64,000 nucleotides of DNA, from the NCBI GenBank assembly GCA_965213685.1, contig CBDBZY010000041.1, positions 96,001 through 160,000 on the forward strand. Reading direction: 5' to 3'. The notes beneath the pieces were generated by a model, which was given only the letters and a program-made list of their open reading frames with translations, searched no databases and was not told the origin of the DNA. Within the stretch, counting starts at the first letter, position 1; the number at the start of each line of letters is the position of its first letter. Of this stretch, positions 60,843-64,000 are shown one piece after another. The position numbers and the translations under genes were made by a program. Source of the DNA: a bacterium. Lineage in GTDB: Bacteria; UBA8248.

Positions 60843-63800
60843 ATGTCTGTGAGTGGCCACCTGCTGATAGTGCTCATTCCAGTCCTCTCCCTCTGTGGGG
60901 CCACTGAGTACTATGTCAGACCCACTGAGCCCACCAGTACCTCCTGTCCTGCTCAGCCATGTCTCACCCTCAGCCAGTACATCAGTGACTCTGACCACTA
61001 CTTCCAGTCCAACACTGTGTTCAAGTTTCTGCCTGGCACCCACCACATGGAGACACCACTACACATAGCAGATGTGCACAATATGAGGTTAGAAAACTTC
61101 CATGATAACTCCAATGAACGCCCCATCATAGTGGCATTGTTCTCATGTAAGAATGAAGTTGTACCTGATTGCATACAAAACATTTGGATGTGCTGTGCTG
61201 CTGTCCAGTTGAGCCGTTTGCATAATATCACTCTAAAGGGGATCACTGTAAGGGTGCAAAACTACAATATGTCCAGTATCATTCTTAGATCAACGACAAG
61301 CATACATATTCAGTCAGTCACCTCAATTTGCTCCTCAAGTTCTTCAAATAATAATGTTATCACAAATATTGGAATTTTACTATATGAAGCTAACTTTGTT
61401 GAAGTTACCATGTCAAGTGCATTGAATTGCTCATATGGCCTTCTACTTCACAATACTACCAATAGTTACATCACATCCACGCCTGAGTCTGCAGTGTCCA
61501 ATAATGGTATGGGAATATACTGCGAATATTCTGCCAACACTACAATCGTTACTCAATCATCACTATGGAATAGCAAACATGGGATGTACTTCTATTGTAC
61601 TCTAAACACAATAATAATTGATGCAACTGTAATGTACAATGGATTTGATGGAATACTTCTGTCCAATACCAACAACACTAGTATTCTCAACCCAACTGTA
61701 GTCTCTAATGGTATGGAAGGAATACGTTTATCAGAAACTAACTACACCAACATCAGCAATCCAAATGTGAAGCAAAATAAGAACACTGGAATTTATGTGA
61801 TCAATGCTGAAAACACTCATATGACAAATGTATCTTTAGCACATAATGGTATTAGTGGGCTCTCAACATTAAGTGGTAACATATTAATAGCTCACAGTTT
61901 ACATACATTTATTTGTAATAGCGCTTTTGTTGCTATTAGTACCCAAAGTCCTGGTATTTCTACAGACCCTATAAGTCTACCAGCAGTTATTATGCTCTAT
62001 AACTCTTCTCTAAATATCAGTGCTTGCACATTTTCAAGAAACAGTATATCTGCTGTGAAGCTATTCCAATCCAATATAACAGCATCTGGTGATGTGATAA
62101 TCTCTAAAAACAGAGTACTTGCCGGAACTGCTTTCATATTAGTCCAGAACAGCATTTTGACACTTTTAGAGAACAGCCGCATCTATTTCATTGGAAATCA
62201 TGCCACTAACACTGGAGGAGTGTTTTATATTGCCAATAATGTGCATTATCGATGGTATTCGAGACAGATTTTTCAAACTCCTGACATTTTAGAAGAAAGT
62301 ACATGTTTCCTTCACACAGAGGGAAGCAGGTCACATAAAAAGTTAGTCTTTGCCAACAATTCAGCAGAAAAGGGAGGGGACATACTGTATGGAGGGCAGG
62401 TGGCATATGGTTGGGATGGAGATATGAACTGTCTACTGAGCTTTAAGAACATATCCAACATATCACAGAGTGGTCTGTCCCTAATAACATCTGACCCATC
62501 ACAAGTGTGCCTCTGCAATGGAACTGGACAACCTGACTGCCTCATTGTAGCTGACCCTGCACCACACTCCATCTACCCAGGCCAGTCTATCAACATATCT
62601 GCAGTGGTTGTAGGACAAGATTTTGGAACAGTTGCTGGATCAGTGTATGCACGCTTCCTAGAGGCAATGGTCACTGGGGACACACCACAGTTAGATACAC
62701 ATCAAAGAATTCAAGGAGTTACACAAGAGAAGTGCAACCAGCTGAAGTACACTTCATTCTCACCGGATGAAGCATCTGAAACATTACTTATTCTAACACC
62801 AGATGTGCATGATAGAAGTGTTTCACCTGAATTTGAGAGCAGTGAAAGAGATCAAGAATGGCAGAACTTTTATAGAGGACCGAATCTTAACCGTTTGATA
62901 TATAGCAACCATCTTGTCTCTGTGAATATCACTTTTCTTCCCTGTCCTGCTGGTTTCATGCTCACAAGTGACCCTCCTTTCAAGTGTGACTGCAATCAGA
63001 TGTTGCAAGGGTTAAAAGGAGTCAAATGCTACATTCAAGACCAGACTATTGGTCGAAGTGGATTGATATGGTTAGGAACACTCAAGGAAGGCAATGGAAC
63101 TGTGGTAGCCTCTGAATACTGTTCATTTGACTACTGTAACAAAGAAGACAGCAATGTGACACTCAGTGACCCTGACTCTCAGTGCAACTACAATCATTCA
63201 GGCACTCTGTGTGGAGGATGCCAGCCTGGTCTCAGTCTTGCCTTAGGAAGTGCACAGTGTCTGCAGTGTTCCAACAAGTACCTTGCTCTCCTCATGCCAT
63301 TTGCATTGGCAGGACCTGCACTTGTGTTCTTCATAAAACTACTGGACCTCACAGTCTCTCAAGGAACAATCAATGGACTGATATTCTATGCCAACCTAGT
63401 TAAGGCTAATGAGTACATTTTTCTTCCGCAGAAAAACATAAACACACTGACTCTCTTCATAGCATGGTTCAACCTGGACTTGGGTGTGGAGACCTGCTTC
63501 TTCCATGGTCTGTCTGCCTACACCAAAACATGGCTGCAGTTTGTGTTCCCTCTCTACATCTGGAGCATTGCAGGGCTCATCATCATCTTAGCCAAGTACA
63601 GTGACCGAGTGGCAAAAGTGATGGGCAATAACTCTGTTCCAGTACTGGCCACCCTCTTCCTCCTCTCATATGCCAAGCTATTTCGTACTCTCATAACGGT
63701 TCTCTCCTACACAATGTTGTACAGCTCACAAGGCCACAAGGCTGTGTGGTCTGCTGATGGAAATATAGACTACCTGGGTCCAAAACATGCTCCTCTGTTT

Positions 63801-64000
63801 GCTGTAGCTGTGGCTGTACTGCTCTTTCTGTGGCTTCCATACACACTGCTGCTCTTCCTTGGACAGTGGCTGCACAGGTGCAACTGCCGACTGATTGACC
63901 GCACTTTGGTGAGGCTAAAACCATTTTTAGACTCTCACTATGGCCCTCTGAAGGGCAAACATCACTACTGGTTTGGGACCCTGCTTTTGGTCAGAGTTGT
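60843..64000 (+). CDS. Second tandem paralog of the beta-helix multi-pass receptor (runs off the window end)
   Basis: Starts MSVSGHLLIVLIPVLSLCGATEYYVRPTEPTSTSCPAQPCLTLSQYISDSDHYFQSNTVFKFLPGTH. The frame from 60843 is still in phase at the window end (...HYWFGTLLLVRV). It is missing from the ORF track, consistent with no stop being reached. Confidence 0.85.
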   Translation, partial: MSVSGHLLIVLIPVLSLCGATEYYVRPTEPTSTSCPAQPCLTLSQYISDSDHYFQSNTVFKFLPGTHHMETPLHIADVHNMRLENFHDNSNERPIIVALFSCKNEVVPDCIQNIWMCCAAVQLSRLHNITLKGITVRVQNYNMSSIILRSTTSIHIQSVTSICSSSSSNNNVITNIGILLYEANFVEVTMSSALNCSYGLLLHNTTNSYITSTPESAVSNNGMGIYCEYSANTTIVTQSSLWNSKHGMYFYCTLNTIIIDATVMYNGFDGILLSNTNNTSILNPTVVSNGMEGIRLSETNYTNISNPNVKQNKNTGIYVINAENTHMTNVSLAHNGISGLSTLSGNILIAHSLHTFICNSAFVAISTQSPGISTDPISLPAVIMLYNSSLNISACTFSRNSISAVKLFQSNITASGDVIISKNRVLAGTAFILVQNSILTLLENSRIYFIGNHATNTGGVFYIANNVHYRWYSRQIFQTPDILEESTCFLHTEGSRSHKKLVFANNSAEKGGDILYGGQVAYGWDGDMNCLLSFKNISNISQSGLSLITSDPSQVCLCNGTGQPDCLIVADPAPHSIYPGQSINISAVVVGQDFGTVAGSVYARFLEAMVTGDTPQLDTHQRIQGVTQEKCNQLKYTSFSPDEASETLLILTPDVHDRSVSPEFESSERDQEWQNFYRGPNLNRLIYSNHLVSVNITFLPCPAGFMLTSDPPFKCDCNQMLQGLKGVKCYIQDQTIGRSGLIWLGTLKEGNGTVVASEYCSFDYCNKEDSNVTLSDPDSQCNYNHSGTLCGGCQPGLSLALGSAQCLQCSNKYLALLMPFALAGPALVFFIKLLDLTVSQGTINGLIFYANLVKANEYIFLPQKNINTLTLFIAWFNLDLGVETCFFHGLSAYTKTWLQFVFPLYIWSIAGLIIILAKYSDRVAKVMGNNSVPVLATLFLLSYAKLFRTLITVLSYTMLYSSQGHKAVWSADGNIDYLGPKHAPLFAVAVAVLLFLWLPYTLLLFLGQWLHRCNCRLIDRTLVRLKPFLDSHYGPLKGKHHYWFGTLLLVRV

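Noticed and set aside
54757-64000. Bacterial contamination or recent horizontal transfer of Pmp/NosD-like genes
   Set aside because: The genes are embedded among host MITEs, have a eukaryotic Cys-rich stalk and helical TM bundle, lack an autotransporter barrel, and have a local pseudogene copy. An ancient bacterial origin of the helix was not assessed.

Overview
This is eukaryotic, intron-containing animal DNA, most likely from a demosponge (inferred from the gene families, the (TACATG)n tracts and the tRNA-derived repeats); it is not prokaryotic. In order, the window holds: (1) a ~5-7 kb segmental duplication (~1410-8250 and ~12900-17800), each copy with an intronless glycine-N-acyltransferase-like GNAT gene and different DNA-transposon insertions, including an AcademH-type element with a RecQ fragment and a perfect 9-bp TSD; (2) two Kelch-repeat relics, a partly decayed minus-strand micro-exon gene and a 5'-truncated LINE; (3) an intact 13-exon CSTF1 (CstF-50) gene; (4) a ~22-exon semaphorin with a non-canonical Sema-PSI-(Calx-beta)x3-4-TM architecture, disrupted by two in-frame stops and a lost splice donor; (5) a tandem cluster of intronless beta-helix / Cys-rich / multi-pass membrane receptor-like genes whose ends are nearly identical while the beta-helix differs in sequence and coil number. 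A small dispersed repeat carrying minimal hammerhead-ribozyme motifs was also found (23463-23506 and 28873-28916 on the minus strand; a different one at ~46107-46152). All calls were made by eye and no database searches were run.
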